IMG/VR virus record: IMGVR_UViG_3300005980_000003 | Location: 1 to 54,156 of that record | Strand: one strand, 5' to 3' | Length of the DNA stretch: 54,156 bases | From: a virus | Lineage: Duplodnaviria; Caudoviricetes | Part shown: piece by piece, positions 28,359-38,726 of the stretch | Layout: each line of letters begins with the position of its first letter | How positions within the stretch are numbered: the first letter of the stretch is position 1 | Made by a program: the position numbers and the translations under genes | The notes under the pieces: generated by a model | What the model was told of the DNA's origin: nothing | Seen by the model: only the letters and a program-made list of their open reading frames with translations | Database searches by the model: none

Positions 28359-28837
28359 CCATTCACTTGAAGTGTATTTTGTGGTGGTGTCTCTAGGATC
28401 ATTAACGCGCCAAGCTCAGTAAGAAGTGCTGTGCCATCCTCGGTGAAAATCTCTGTAACCAACCCTTCGGTAAGCACAAGGTTTTGCACCTTGCTTGCAA
28501 TGGTCATGTAGAAACCAGCGGCACTATAGTTGGCATACTGTGTAACGAAGTAAGTAACTCCATATACACACAGCAGACTATTAATAGGCATGTCCACAAG
28601 GGAATGGAACTTCATGAAGCCAGGTTGACGTTCAAGCTCAGGGTTTGCTTTCAGTTGTTCACCGAACACACCCTCATCCCTATCACCGTGTGGGATAGGT
28701 GTTGCATAGATTGCAATCGCTGGCCCAGTGGCATTCTTTACCCACTGATTGTCTGCATCCCAATATCCACCAACTGGGCTGCACATTAAGACTTTGGTTG
28801 TTGTATTTCGATTGAATGCTCTGCGAACACTAATCAT
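28349..28837 (-). CDS. Head closure / neck protein
   Basis: Position; GYW...QWV motif. Confidence 0.65.
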   Translation of the reverse strand: MISVRRAFNRNTTTKVLMCSPVGGYWDADNQWVKNATGPAIAIYATPIPHGDRDEGVFGEQLKANPELERQPGFMKFHSLVDMPINSLLCVYGVTYFVTQYANYSAAGFYMTIASKVQNLVLTEGLVTEIFTEDGTALLTELGALMILETPPQNTLQVNGWG

Positions 28838-29208
28838 GGGCAGATAATTCTGGAACCAGCAAACGCTTGGTTACGCCAATGAACATATTGCTGTCCGTAG
28901 ATAGATGCTGCAAAGTTATCTACCGCTGTGCCTGGTGCAACTGTCGCAACTGCATACTCCACCAACACATCATCAACATCTGTACTTCTGATGGGCATCA
29001 AAGCCATCGTATCGCCTATTGCACTTCCTTGAGCCACAGTTAGAAAGTGGGCAACGAGGTTCGCTTGAGCAACGTCATAGACATTCTCCCAGCGATATTC
29101 CTCAGTGCCCATTTCAATTTGAGAGTCCCCAAGGAAGATGCTAAACCTTGCTTGGGAAGTACTTGTAAACTCAGGGAATCTGGCAACAAACATTTCATAA
29201 GTCACCAT
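28834..29208 (-). CDS. Head-tail adaptor, DUF4054
   Basis: FVARFPEF, LVAHFL, SIYGQQY. Confidence 0.85.
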   Translation of the reverse strand: MVTYEMFVARFPEFTSTSQARFSIFLGDSQIEMGTEEYRWENVYDVAQANLVAHFLTVAQGSAIGDTMALMPIRSTDVDDVLVEYAVATVAPGTAVDNFAASIYGQQYVHWRNQAFAGSRIICP

Positions 29209-29223
29209 TTATGATCCTCCTAC

Positions 29224-29706
29224 TTATTCACACAGGGACATATGCAGCGCATCAATCTCTTCTTCTGTGTGGGTCTCAGCAGTAACAACAACCTTCTTAA
29301 CAGCAAGGTTCTTGAGTTTGTCTGCCATCGACAGTTTGCTGGCAACCTTCATGGTAATTTCCAAGTCACCTTTCTTTACGCGCTCTTGGATCAAGTTGAC
29401 GTCACGGAACTTGCCAGTAGGAACAAGCACAGTCTGATATACAGGCTTGCCATCAATCTTCGCTTCTGGAATAACTTCACGTTCTTCGTCGAAGATCTGC
29501 ACACGGGTTTTACCCGAGGTGGCTTGCTCCCACAGTTCGTCCTCAATCTCTACTTCTGCGCTTGCAGGAATACAAATCAACGTATATTGCGGAGCTTCTG
29601 CTTTAACAATCTTGTTGCCATGAACATCTTGGTGCGTAGTCTTCTTACCAGCGTTAATGTAAGCATTAAGCATGATAGGAGCTTCGGAATGATTTCGAAC
29701 GCGCAT
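29224..29706 (-). CDS. Hypothetical virion-region protein (start MRVRN)
   Basis: AGGAG RBS before the ATG at 29706. Confidence 0.7.
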   Translation of the reverse strand: MRVRNHSEAPIMLNAYINAGKKTTHQDVHGNKIVKAEAPQYTLICIPASAEVEIEDELWEQATSGKTRVQIFDEEREVIPEAKIDGKPVYQTVLVPTGKFRDVNLIQERVKKGDLEITMKVASKLSMADKLKNLAVKKVVVTAETHTEEEIDALHMSLCE

Positions 29707-29733
29707 GTTGGTTCTCCTTAAAATTTGGGCAAT

Positions 29734-29758
29734 AAAAAGCCCCACATATAGTGAGGCT
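29734..29758 (-). terminator. Rho-independent terminator after major capsid gene
   Basis: GCCTCAC-TATAT-GTGGGGC followed by TTTTT on minus strand. Confidence 0.8.
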
Positions 29759-29776
29759 CTTAAGTAACGCTATTTG

Positions 29777-30787
29777 TTAGATGCCGTACCACAGGTCAAT
29801 TGCACGAGGGTAGGTGATTTCCAAACCAGCGAAACGGCCACGACCTGGAACTTCATAGACCAGACCATGCAATTGCACTGGCAGGAATTGAAGTGGCAGT
29901 GGTTCACGAATACGAACAGTTTGAGTACCTTCTGGAGTTTTCTTGGCAAGTACAACAAAGCCATCAGCGCCACCATCGAACTTGTTGTCGATAGCATTCA
30001 GCGCTTTCACTTTATCTTTGGTAATGCCGAAAGGGTTGTTATCGCAGAAGTATTGCAGGATGGTGGTATCGCTCAGAGCGCTACGTGGAGTAGACGCAAT
30101 GTAGTTGTGTTGCAGAACTGGCAACCAAACTTCTTCTGGTTTGTGAATTTTCTTGGTGGCTGCGTACATAGCGCTGCAAGCCGAGTTCAAGTCTTTCAGA
30201 ATTTCATCTGGAGTCTTGGTGGTCCACAGGGTAGTGCTTGCTGCACCGGCAACAACTGGGTTGTGTGCAACATACGGGTTGCCGAACAGACCAACGAAAC
30301 CAGCAGTAGTATCGCCAGACCATACAGCATCGTTCACGTACTGCTCATAACCACGGCGCGAAGCCATAGCTTTACGAGCTTCAAGAGGCATGCCGCTCAT
30401 GTTGGCAGATGCAACTTCATCAATGTCGAAGTCGTAAGCGCAACCAACGGATTTCACGTTGATCGAATACTCACGGCCCGAGATATCGGATTTTGGCAGG
30501 TCGGTTGCACGAGCGTTGATAACTTGTGCTTTACCAACACGGTCATACGAACGATAGGTCAAGCTTGTTGCACCTGCACCGCCAAGGGTCAGGGTTGGGA
30601 AGCATTCACGAGCTTCCAAATCTGGATACAGTACGTCGTAAGTGGTTTGTTCGATTACTTCCAGTTGACGTTGGAAGAACACACCGTCACCATCAGAAAG
30701 TTTTACATCGGAGGAATCAGCCAGACGTTCAAAGTGATCGTTCAGGGTTGCGGTAGAGCCATCAGCCAATTTTACTTCACGAGCCAT
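29777..30787 (-). CDS. Major capsid protein (DUF2184 family)
   Basis: FFQRQLEVIE..YDVLYP, TTILQYF, GLEITYP; strong codon bias. Confidence 0.92.
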   Translation of the reverse strand: MAREVKLADGSTATLNDHFERLADSSDVKLSDGDGVFFQRQLEVIEQTTYDVLYPDLEARECFPTLTLGGAGATSLTYRSYDRVGKAQVINARATDLPKSDISGREYSINVKSVGCAYDFDIDEVASANMSGMPLEARKAMASRRGYEQYVNDAVWSGDTTAGFVGLFGNPYVAHNPVVAGAASTTLWTTKTPDEILKDLNSACSAMYAATKKIHKPEEVWLPVLQHNYIASTPRSALSDTTILQYFCDNNPFGITKDKVKALNAIDNKFDGGADGFVVLAKKTPEGTQTVRIREPLPLQFLPVQLHGLVYEVPGRGRFAGLEITYPRAIDLWYGI

Positions 30788-30814
30788 AATTCAAATCTCC
30801 TTTATTAATTATAA

Positions 30815-31303
30815 TTAAACAGCGGTGCCATTGATCATTGCTACGGTGATATCCACCCCAACAACTTCACCAGCGGCCGCAGAAGCTTTGAACTTCATGT
30901 TCGACGCTTTGACATAACCAGCAGTGGCAGCAGAAGTAACCTGGCCAGTAGTGGTATTAACGTATACAGCGCCATCAAACAGGCACGAGGCAACCGTAAC
31001 AACGTTGATTGGACCTTCCAACAGGACTGGAAGCATTGCACCCAGTGCATAAGGAGCTGCGCCAGTGTTTGGACGGAAGTCACTTTCAGTGGTCATTTGA
31101 CGGATAACAACACCGAACTGTTGACCGGCACCGGCACTACCCAAATCAACTTCACGGTCGCCAGTGTGCTTTACAATTTTGCCAGCAGTAATGCCTGCAA
31201 CTTTTGCACGGAAGCTTTCACGCTTGGCGTTGGTGTAGTTCAGGCCGATGATAGTGCCTTCCTGGGCGCCTGGGATGTTGATGCTGTAGTTTTGAACTGG
31301 CAT
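30815..31303 (-). CDS. Head decoration / cement protein
   Basis: Between protease and MCP; AGGAG RBS before MPVQNY. Confidence 0.75.
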   Translation of the reverse strand: MPVQNYSINIPGAQEGTIIGLNYTNAKRESFRAKVAGITAGKIVKHTGDREVDLGSAGAGQQFGVVIRQMTTESDFRPNTGAAPYALGAMLPVLLEGPINVVTVASCLFDGAVYVNTTTGQVTSAATAGYVKASNMKFKASAAAGEVVGVDITVAMINGTAV

Positions 31304-31304
31304 A

Positions 31305-32444
31305 TTAAATAGCTCCTTCATTTCGTTTGATCATTGCTTCCCGAGCGGATTCATTCTTTGCTGGGGTTGCTGCTGGTTTCACATCCTTACCTGCAACGTC
31401 TCGCAAGACTTGCGTTAGGTCTGTGGATTCATCTTTCACAAAATCCTTATCTTCAAGGAGAATGCCGTATCGGACTTCAACATATTGGTCGGACATAGAA
31501 GTAGGGGCAGACGGGCATACCTTAGTAACCACTGCGCGCATTACTTCCAATTTAGTCAAACCTTTTACATCAACATCTGCAAGCTTGAGTGCCTGGCTAA
31601 CAAACTCCATGCGTTCTTCAACAAGTGCATCAATGTCTTTAAGCTTCTCGCCAATTGCTACAGCGTCGGCAAGTTTTGCAGTGACATCATCCAACTTCGC
31701 TTTCAGTGTTTCCACTTCTGCAACCAAAGCAGCGTCTGCTACTTTAATCTCGACAACAGCATCAGCGACCTTGGCCACTTCAATTACTGGTGCGATAACT
31801 GGGACATCATCAATTACTTCTTCTTCCACATCTGCACTGTCAGCAATAGCTGCTGTACCAGCTCGGCCCTTAGGCACGATTGCAAAGTGGTTAATACGGA
31901 TGTTGGTCTTTTTGGCGTGGTAGCCAACAGTAGCTTCGTCGCACAGAACCAAAGTGGCATTGTGACCGCTGGACAGTTGGTTAACATTAGCTCTAACCAA
32001 TGCAATAGCATCTGCATCATTAAGCACCATAGTGCCGATTAGTTCTTCGCCTGCCTCATCCTTGCAAGGCACACCTTCAAGCATACCTTTTACCAACTCT
32101 TTGGCATTTTCAGTATCAACATCATCTTTTGGATGGCCGATAGTGAAAGGTGCCGAACGGGCAGAGTTAATAGCTGCCTCATCAAACAAGTCTTCTGGCA
32201 AAGTCATTACCTTGATAATGGCTTCTGGATCATGGTCTTTAAACTGTGCACCCAAATCCTTTGCCTTGTACTCCATGATGCCAGTACGTGCGAGAGTACA
32301 AGGAGCAATCATTTGACCACTCGTCTTGAACTTGCGCTTTGTAGGCATGTGCAACTTGTCTTGCAGGTTTACAACTGTGTCTTCATCGTGGAACCGAACA
32401 GCCAATGCTGCCACTGCCAGGCCCAACGTATTTTTCAAACGCAT
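31305..32444 (-). CDS. Prohead protease/scaffold, DUF2213
   Basis: ARTGIMEY, PFTIGHP, QLSSG, NHFAIVPKGRAG; coiled-coil C-terminus. Confidence 0.9.
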   Translation of the reverse strand: MRLKNTLGLAVAALAVRFHDEDTVVNLQDKLHMPTKRKFKTSGQMIAPCTLARTGIMEYKAKDLGAQFKDHDPEAIIKVMTLPEDLFDEAAINSARSAPFTIGHPKDDVDTENAKELVKGMLEGVPCKDEAGEELIGTMVLNDADAIALVRANVNQLSSGHNATLVLCDEATVGYHAKKTNIRINHFAIVPKGRAGTAAIADSADVEEEVIDDVPVIAPVIEVAKVADAVVEIKVADAALVAEVETLKAKLDDVTAKLADAVAIGEKLKDIDALVEERMEFVSQALKLADVDVKGLTKLEVMRAVVTKVCPSAPTSMSDQYVEVRYGILLEDKDFVKDESTDLTQVLRDVAGKDVKPAATPAKNESAREAMIKRNEGAI

Positions 32445-33806
32445 TTATTTCTCCTTCTTATCGTCAGGCCCATCTGATGGACGTGAAATCTTGGCTGCTC
32501 CAGGTGGTGGTGCTATGGGAACTTCACCCATGTCTTCTTTCGAATAAACATTTTTGGTGTACAGAATCCGTTGTGCAGCCTCGGCAGTTAGAACACCTAC
32601 TGCAACTAGAGCCACGACATTCGCAACAGTGTCCTTGTCTTTAGCTTCTTTCTGTGCAGCAGATTCAGGGAAGATGCATCGCCACTTATACTTACACTCT
32701 GGCAAACCAAAGTGAGCTTGGATAATGGCGTCAAGGATTTTGAGTTTTGGCTCGTACTCCATCTTTTGAATAGCAGCAAGCAAGTCAACGTAGTTAACAA
32801 GGTCACTCTCACCTGTAGCATTCATGCCGCTTGGTGATGCAGACAAGAAGCGAGTGGCTGGAATACCTACACCAGCAGCAACTACTTCCAAGTACTCCCA
32901 AATCAAATCCTTTACACCAGACAGTTGAACTTTCTTGGTGGAGTAGACTTCATTGGCATCAAGCAGAATTACGTTGTAAATCGACTTCATCTGTTTCATC
33001 AGACGGAATCGTTTCATAACAGCCTTCTCCCCCGCAGGGTTGGTAAGCATGTTCTGCAAACCATTGATCGTAATTACATCAGTGTTAGCCTCTACAACAA
33101 GATGTGCAGCAGCCTGAACAGCAGTATGGAAATTATCAATCAACTTATTCAGTGGCAGTAACACACTGTCTGAATACCATTGGTTATGCCAGTTCTCATA
33201 CATAGGAAGGCGTGTACCTTCAAACCTAATCAAACGGGAGTAGTGAATCTTGGCAGTGCTGCCAGCAATCATGTAATGCTCAGGTTGCCCATAGCATGGT
33301 GACAGTGGGTCCATGTTGATCATGCCACTGCCCATCAACCTTGTACGGTCAATAACTTGAAGACTGTTGATGCAATTCACCTTCAACCGTTTAAGGTCTA
33401 GTGGTGTATCCATCTTGCCGGAACTTTTGATGTCCAGCAGAATTGCAGAAGTGCCAAACACCCTCGCCCACTTGTATGCTTCATTAAACAAGCCTGAAAC
33501 ATTGAAGTAGTCGTCCGCATCTTGTGCATCCTCTGTTTCCAACTCTCGCCATTGACGGGTTGTATCCAGTGGGATGATGGTGCAAATCTTTTGTGCAATC
33601 CAATCTTCACGGAAGCGGGTAATCAAACCATCTTGGTCGCTATTGCCACCACTACGATTCCACTGGTTGTAGGTGGTCTTATCACCAGCACCACCCATAC
33701 CTGAAACTACGTTTTCCAAACCATCTTGTGCCTTAATCGCTGTTGCAGCATCTACGATTAATTTTTCAGCGAGTTGTTCTAAAGTCAGGTTTTCTTCTTC
33801 ATTCAT
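32445..33806 (-). CDS. Portal protein, DUF1073
   Basis: DGLENVVSGMG, IHYSRLIRF, IPATRFL..SPSGMNATGESDL.NY. Confidence 0.9.
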   Translation of the reverse strand: MNEEENLTLEQLAEKLIVDAATAIKAQDGLENVVSGMGGAGDKTTYNQWNRSGGNSDQDGLITRFREDWIAQKICTIIPLDTTRQWRELETEDAQDADDYFNVSGLFNEAYKWARVFGTSAILLDIKSSGKMDTPLDLKRLKVNCINSLQVIDRTRLMGSGMINMDPLSPCYGQPEHYMIAGSTAKIHYSRLIRFEGTRLPMYENWHNQWYSDSVLLPLNKLIDNFHTAVQAAAHLVVEANTDVITINGLQNMLTNPAGEKAVMKRFRLMKQMKSIYNVILLDANEVYSTKKVQLSGVKDLIWEYLEVVAAGVGIPATRFLSASPSGMNATGESDLVNYVDLLAAIQKMEYEPKLKILDAIIQAHFGLPECKYKWRCIFPESAAQKEAKDKDTVANVVALVAVGVLTAEAAQRILYTKNVYSKEDMGEVPIAPPPGAAKISRPSDGPDDKKEK

Positions 33807-33988
33807 AGATCATCCTTCTTGCTAGAGTAGCCATTGGGTTTTTCCAAGTGGTACTCAGGCAGTGTGGATACTTGTAGCTCTACTCGATCACTCACAGTTT
33901 CAATTGTGGCGATGATGTTGCCAGCGCTATCTTTGATATGAAAAAGGTTATTGCCCGATGCTTTCTTGCACAGACGTGTGCTGATCAT
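33803..33988 (-). CDS. Hypothetical protein
   Basis: GGAG RBS; between terminase and portal. Confidence 0.65.
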   Translation of the reverse strand: MISTRLCKKASGNNLFHIKDSAGNIIATIETVSDRVELQVSTLPEYHLEKPNGYSSKKDDL

Positions 33989-33999
33989 GACAGTACTCC

Positions 34000-36006
34000 T
34001 TAATTAACCCAGTTTTCATAGTTGGCCGAACTTCCACTGTATTCGATGGCAACTGCATCACTCACGTTATCAACAACGTCATCATGTCCAGTTGAACTAC
34101 CTAAGCCAGTCATGCCCAAGACTTCACGCATAACGTGTGCCTTATGTACATGCTCACTTGGAAACCATAATCTACCTTGTGCAAAGTAAGGGATTGTGTT
34201 GAGGAAGCGAGCCACCTTGTCCCCGGAAGTTTTATCCTTCGGCACAGGCAACACTCTTACATCCCCATCACGTGTAAATTGTTGGTTCAAGAATTGACCA
34301 GAACTCTTGTCCTCCATATACAAGGCCGTAGGCAGCATGCATGGATAAGACAGGTCCAACTTGTTGTGCTTATTCCAGAACTTAATAAGCTCTATCTTAA
34401 GCTCAGGTGTTTCCCATTTACCCAGCACAACATCTGCTAGGTACATATCTCTATTCCTCATCACTGCCCACAAACAAACCACAGAGTAATCTGAGTAGGT
34501 CTGCGCAGTAGATGCTGTATCCGCTGTCATGAATGAGCGAACAACCTGGGACTTATCAAGTTCTAAGTATTCCTGCCACCATGCTTCTTGAACAAGTCCT
34601 GTACCTTGTGCAGTTGGATCACCCATGTACTGACTGTTGAATGTATATGGGGAGGCTTTCTTCATTGCATCCAGTGACTCCAAACTCTTACGAGACGGCC
34701 ACAATGCAGTGCGAGCTTCTTTACGATGCAACTTAAACAGCACAGGCTTGGCGTGTGTATACGCTTGTTTCTCAATGAGTTTGTCGTACCACTCTTTAGA
34801 GCCCACACCTTCTTCAATCACTGCTGGGATGTTCAACCAGTCGTAACTGTCACTTGAGTTACCCCGTAGCAGATAGCCAACGAGGTCTTCGTCATGCACA
34901 CGTTGCATAATGATAGCCATAGGTGTACGAGAACATTTAACCTCGTTACCATCGTCATCATTAACTACACCGTCATTTGCAAGACGTGACATAAATGTAT
35001 TGTCGTATCGGTCATTAATCTCGGAGCGAACTGTATTAGAGTAAGCATCCTTTGGCTTAATGATGTCGTCTACAACAAAGCAACCTGAATAAGCGGTAGT
35101 CAAACTACCAGCACCCTTCCCGGTCAACTTACCACCAGATGGAACTGCGTGAAGCACGCCACCTTTAGTAGTACCCCAACGTTCAAGCGAGCGCTTACTT
35201 GCATCAATCTTCAATGCAGGAAACACTTTCATGAATAGTTCGTTGAGCATGATGGTACGGATGTAACCACTACTTTCTGATACAACGTCATCGGCATAAG
35301 AAGTAATGATGTTATGTGAACCTGGGTTGTGGCAGAAGCTATACAGCGGTAGAAAGATACTGAGAATCTGTGTTTTGGAATGGCGGGGAGGGATCGTTAC
35401 AATTACCCGATCCCTCTTACCATCCACAATATCCTGACACACTTCGAAAATAACATTATGAAAGTCCTGCATCTGGAATTTGAATCCCATCTGCAACTCA
35501 AATGCCCACTTACTGAATGTAGCAAAGCTAGCGACAAGTATCTCCCTTGCCTCGGTACAATCTTCGTTAGTAAGTTCTTCAAGATTTACTTCCAGCGGAT
35601 TGTTAATAATGGCCATCGCCAAAGAAAGTTTCTTCTTGGCTTTGTTAACAACAGTTACCTCACCATTACTATCTAACTCAACTTTACCCTCTGTAATTAA
35701 TTTCTTAATCTCAGAGCTATATACAGTGTTGTTTTTATGGTCAGCATTTCTAAACGCTTCCAATTGAGCATCTTGCAAAGCTTTGATTACAGCATTGTTC
35801 TCTAAGCCCTGACCTTCAATCTCACTTGTAATAGACTTTTGGTATTGCTCAATAATAAAGTCATTTTCTGAAATGTATAAGCGTAGTTGCGGGAGTGTCT
35901 GTGTAATGCCCCTTGATCTACTAACCTTCAACAAATCACCGTAATGTTGAGTCAGTTGGTTAACAATGTAGTTATCAACCTGCTCATCAATCGGTAATGC
36001 AGCCAT
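34000..36006 (-). CDS. terL: Terminase large subunit with ~150-aa N-terminal extension
   Basis: Walker A IPPRHSKT, Walker B VVDD, QRVH, nuclease ADTA...HDDVVD. Confidence 0.93.
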   Translation of the reverse strand: MAALPIDEQVDNYIVNQLTQHYGDLLKVSRSRGITQTLPQLRLYISENDFIIEQYQKSITSEIEGQGLENNAVIKALQDAQLEAFRNADHKNNTVYSSEIKKLITEGKVELDSNGEVTVVNKAKKKLSLAMAIINNPLEVNLEELTNEDCTEAREILVASFATFSKWAFELQMGFKFQMQDFHNVIFEVCQDIVDGKRDRVIVTIPPRHSKTQILSIFLPLYSFCHNPGSHNIITSYADDVVSESSGYIRTIMLNELFMKVFPALKIDASKRSLERWGTTKGGVLHAVPSGGKLTGKGAGSLTTAYSGCFVVDDIIKPKDAYSNTVRSEINDRYDNTFMSRLANDGVVNDDDGNEVKCSRTPMAIIMQRVHDEDLVGYLLRGNSSDSYDWLNIPAVIEEGVGSKEWYDKLIEKQAYTHAKPVLFKLHRKEARTALWPSRKSLESLDAMKKASPYTFNSQYMGDPTAQGTGLVQEAWWQEYLELDKSQVVRSFMTADTASTAQTYSDYSVVCLWAVMRNRDMYLADVVLGKWETPELKIELIKFWNKHNKLDLSYPCMLPTALYMEDKSSGQFLNQQFTRDGDVRVLPVPKDKTSGDKVARFLNTIPYFAQGRLWFPSEHVHKAHVMREVLGMTGLGSSTGHDDVVDNVSDAVAIEYSGSSANYENWVN

Positions 36007-36284
36007 TAAAACTTATCCTCATCCGCTACAGGTTGCAGCATATAAAGGAAGTTAAATCGCTCGGTAGTCATTCTTTGTGGAATGAGGTCTTGCAACTCCT
36101 TACAAATTGCCATCCATTCACCTTCTGTTGGTGCAGCGAAAGAAATACTGATGTTGATTTTCTTATCTACAACTTCATCTTCATCAACCTCGTAATACAC
36201 TTCGTCACACAGAGGGCAAGCCCCTGCAACTAGATCAACGTAGTGATCACAACTTCTGCATTTGGTTCTGCAATCATTGCTCAT
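36006..36284 (-). CDS. Hypothetical Zn-ribbon protein
   Basis: CRSC and CPLC motifs; AGGAG RBS. Confidence 0.65.
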   Translation of the reverse strand: MSNDCRTKCRSCDHYVDLVAGACPLCDEVYYEVDEDEVVDKKINISISFAAPTEGEWMAICKELQDLIPQRMTTERFNFLYMLQPVADEDKF

Positions 36285-36537
36285 GTGGTTTCTCCTAACT
36301 CATTAGTTGTTACCTCTCAGGGAGGTAGTTATGTGGTGGAACATTTTAGTTAACAAGAATTGTCAAACCTTTTAGTAAAAGAGAAAGCATCCCCCAGCCC
36401 CTTAGAGGCCAGTGGAAATTTCTTTATATTTAAATTGAGTGCGTTCTTATTCTTCTATGGTGGGTAGCTGGAGGCCACGGTTTATATGGCCTGTAGCCAA
36501 ACCGCTTTTGCCAATATGCCCAAAAGTTTGCAAACTT

Positions 36538-38322
36538 TTACAGGAAAAATCTGTCGCACTTGTGAATGATGTTCAAATCCCAATCACCCATTGCAGGTTC
36601 ATCAGGCAAATCCACCTTGTACTTGTACTCCCATTGACGCTTTAGATCTAACAGGTAGTTACCAAAGTACAACTTTACGAATTCTTCTCGGATTACTTTG
36701 TCGAGAAATGGGATGTAGTTTGCATGAACAGCAAAGCTATCGTGTACCCACACAGCAGGAAGCCCGACTTCCTTCAAACGAATAGCCACCATCCGAAGAT
36801 GTGTTGCATCTAGCGAGTGAATTACATTAGGACCAATTGCAGATTTGTGCTTTGAAAGCTTGGGGATGAATGCACCTTCTTCATCCAAGACATCCTTTTT
36901 GATAGTGATCGTGTGCTTGCGCCGCTTAATCACCACTGTAACGTCTTCTTCCTCAGTTACTCGGTAATCCTGACTGGCTACAAATCCGTCTGGAGTCTCC
37001 CATGAAACTTGGTGAACACCAGTAGCACAGATAATTGCCATGCACGCCTTCAACCAATCCACACCTGCAACGATGGGTTGTAGAACCTCGTTCGTGGTGT
37101 TGAACAATTGAGAGCCAAGCTGGCAAGCAACCTTTCTATCAAGCTCAGGATGCATGTCACAGACATTATCCATTGCCGATATGCGAGTTGCAGAATACGC
37201 AAAAGTCATTACTGGCTTCTTTGCACCCTTACGTGTAGCAATGTATTTGTATTCTTCTGGTAAGTAGTAGTCCCACTTGAAGGCCACAAACTCGTAAATA
37301 TCCATGCCGTCAGCGGACTCGCACAACTCCATCCCTAAGCGGTCTGTGATCGCACTGGACCCCATCAGGGCGCTCCAATGCTGTAGGCCGGAACATCGCC
37401 CATCCCTGGGAACGAACGCTGCCAGGGGCTGCTCAGGGGCTTTCAGGTGTTCGGCTATCAGCCTGGCATTTGCCATTCCGCAGTAGGGTTTATCCCACTG
37501 TAGCCACTCCAAATTCTCCCAATCTAGAGCCTGTGCCGCATACAGGCAGGCTTTAGCCTCAGTGTCTGCACCGTCATAGCGGGTGTCCTCTGCGTAGTCG
37601 TCAGTAGCCGCCACAAGGGCAGCCAGCCCAGCCGGTGACAGGGCTTCGCTGAAAATAGGAAGACACATTGCTTTCTCATGGTCAGCACCTTGCGGGCTAA
37701 TACCAATAGTTGTGTCTGCGTAAATCCTCCCACGACTATCCAAGAAGCAACCAAACTTGAAGCTGTTTTCATCAACAAGTTGTTCCGCACATTTCACAGC
37801 CCTGCTAGCCATGATGCTGTCATTATAAGGAGCGGTTTCTTTATACAGGTTAAGTACAAACGGATTCACACGAAACTTTGTATCAGCTATCCCACTGGTT
37901 GCTTCTAAATGTGAACACTGCTCGATGCCGTAGCGTACTTTTGCATCAGGCACGTCAAAGCCTTCCCTGACAACATGCGTTAAAATAGGCGGCAAGCCAC
38001 CCTTAACCATCATGCTAACAAGGTCGTAAGTTGGTTCAACGATCACATGTGTTTCTGTTCTACTTACACGTATGTGCTCAAGGGTAAGTAATTTTGCACC
38101 CACCATCGCCATTATAAAGCACAAGCCTATGTACGGATCAGTGTGTAGATACTGGGCGAGATAGTTACGTTTATTGTACTTACTCCCCGGATTGCACAAT
38201 GCAACATAAAGCTTGGGGATGCAGTCAACGTATACTTGTGCAGATTGGCGGTATGGTGGTGCCAGTTTTGGTATTAACCTTCTTGTGACAGAAAGTTCAA
38301 ACGATTCTTCTTGGGCCACCAA
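36538..38322 (-). CDS. Single-subunit T7-superfamily RNA polymerase 2
   Basis: LDSRGRIY, SPQGAD, motif A DGRCSGLQH, motif B RKGAKKPVMTFAY, PNVIHSLDATHL, motif C VHDSF. Confidence 0.92.
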   Translation of the reverse strand: MVAQEESFELSVTRRLIPKLAPPYRQSAQVYVDCIPKLYVALCNPGSKYNKRNYLAQYLHTDPYIGLCFIMAMVGAKLLTLEHIRVSRTETHVIVEPTYDLVSMMVKGGLPPILTHVVREGFDVPDAKVRYGIEQCSHLEATSGIADTKFRVNPFVLNLYKETAPYNDSIMASRAVKCAEQLVDENSFKFGCFLDSRGRIYADTTIGISPQGADHEKAMCLPIFSEALSPAGLAALVAATDDYAEDTRYDGADTEAKACLYAAQALDWENLEWLQWDKPYCGMANARLIAEHLKAPEQPLAAFVPRDGRCSGLQHWSALMGSSAITDRLGMELCESADGMDIYEFVAFKWDYYLPEEYKYIATRKGAKKPVMTFAYSATRISAMDNVCDMHPELDRKVACQLGSQLFNTTNEVLQPIVAGVDWLKACMAIICATGVHQVSWETPDGFVASQDYRVTEEEDVTVVIKRRKHTITIKKDVLDEEGAFIPKLSKHKSAIGPNVIHSLDATHLRMVAIRLKEVGLPAVWVHDSFAVHANYIPFLDKVIREEFVKLYFGNYLLDLKRQWEYKYKVDLPDEPAMGDWDLNIIHKCDRFFL

Positions 38323-38508
38323 TCACCTCTTAGGTTGTGCGTAAACAATCTCCTGCAATGTGTAAGAGAGTTTGCTAACACGGACTATCAACCACTGACG
38401 GTTTTCCATGTGCAATACAGTTCCCTTCTCTAAACACTCAATTGCCCACCTGAAATGCGAAGGGTGTGCTAGCTGAAACTCAACTGTATTTTCATGCATA
38501 TGTATACC

Positions 38509-38712
38509 TCAGTTGTTAGGTTTGCCAGTAAGGCAACCAGTGCACAAACACTTCCCTCCCCAATCAACTTCCTTCTCTTGACGCTTCACATGGAAACACC
38601 AGCACGTTGTTTTGCCTTGTTCAATCTCGCATTTAACTGGAGTTTCACAGCTTGGGCAGGAGTGTGTAATCAATGTTGGCAACGATGCGGACACTTCCAT
38701 GTAATTACACAT
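38509..38712 (-). CDS. Cysteine-rich CWC family protein
   Basis: CPSC...C...CWCF...CLCTGCL. Confidence 0.75.
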   Translation of the reverse strand: MCNYMEVSASLPTLITHSCPSCETPVKCEIEQGKTTCWCFHVKRQEKEVDWGGKCLCTGCLTGKPNN

Positions 38713-38726
38713 CTGGCATTTCGTCT

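Noticed and set aside
29774-30808. 344-aa plus-strand ORF (also 27045-27869, 31327-31923, 39504-40448)
   Set aside because: Antisense shadows of the MCP, sheath, protease and RNR genes.
32445-33806. Anti-CBASS Acb1 annotation sometimes given to DUF1073 proteins
   Set aside because: Position between terminase and protease and its size indicate the portal; no HxT phosphoesterase motifs seen.
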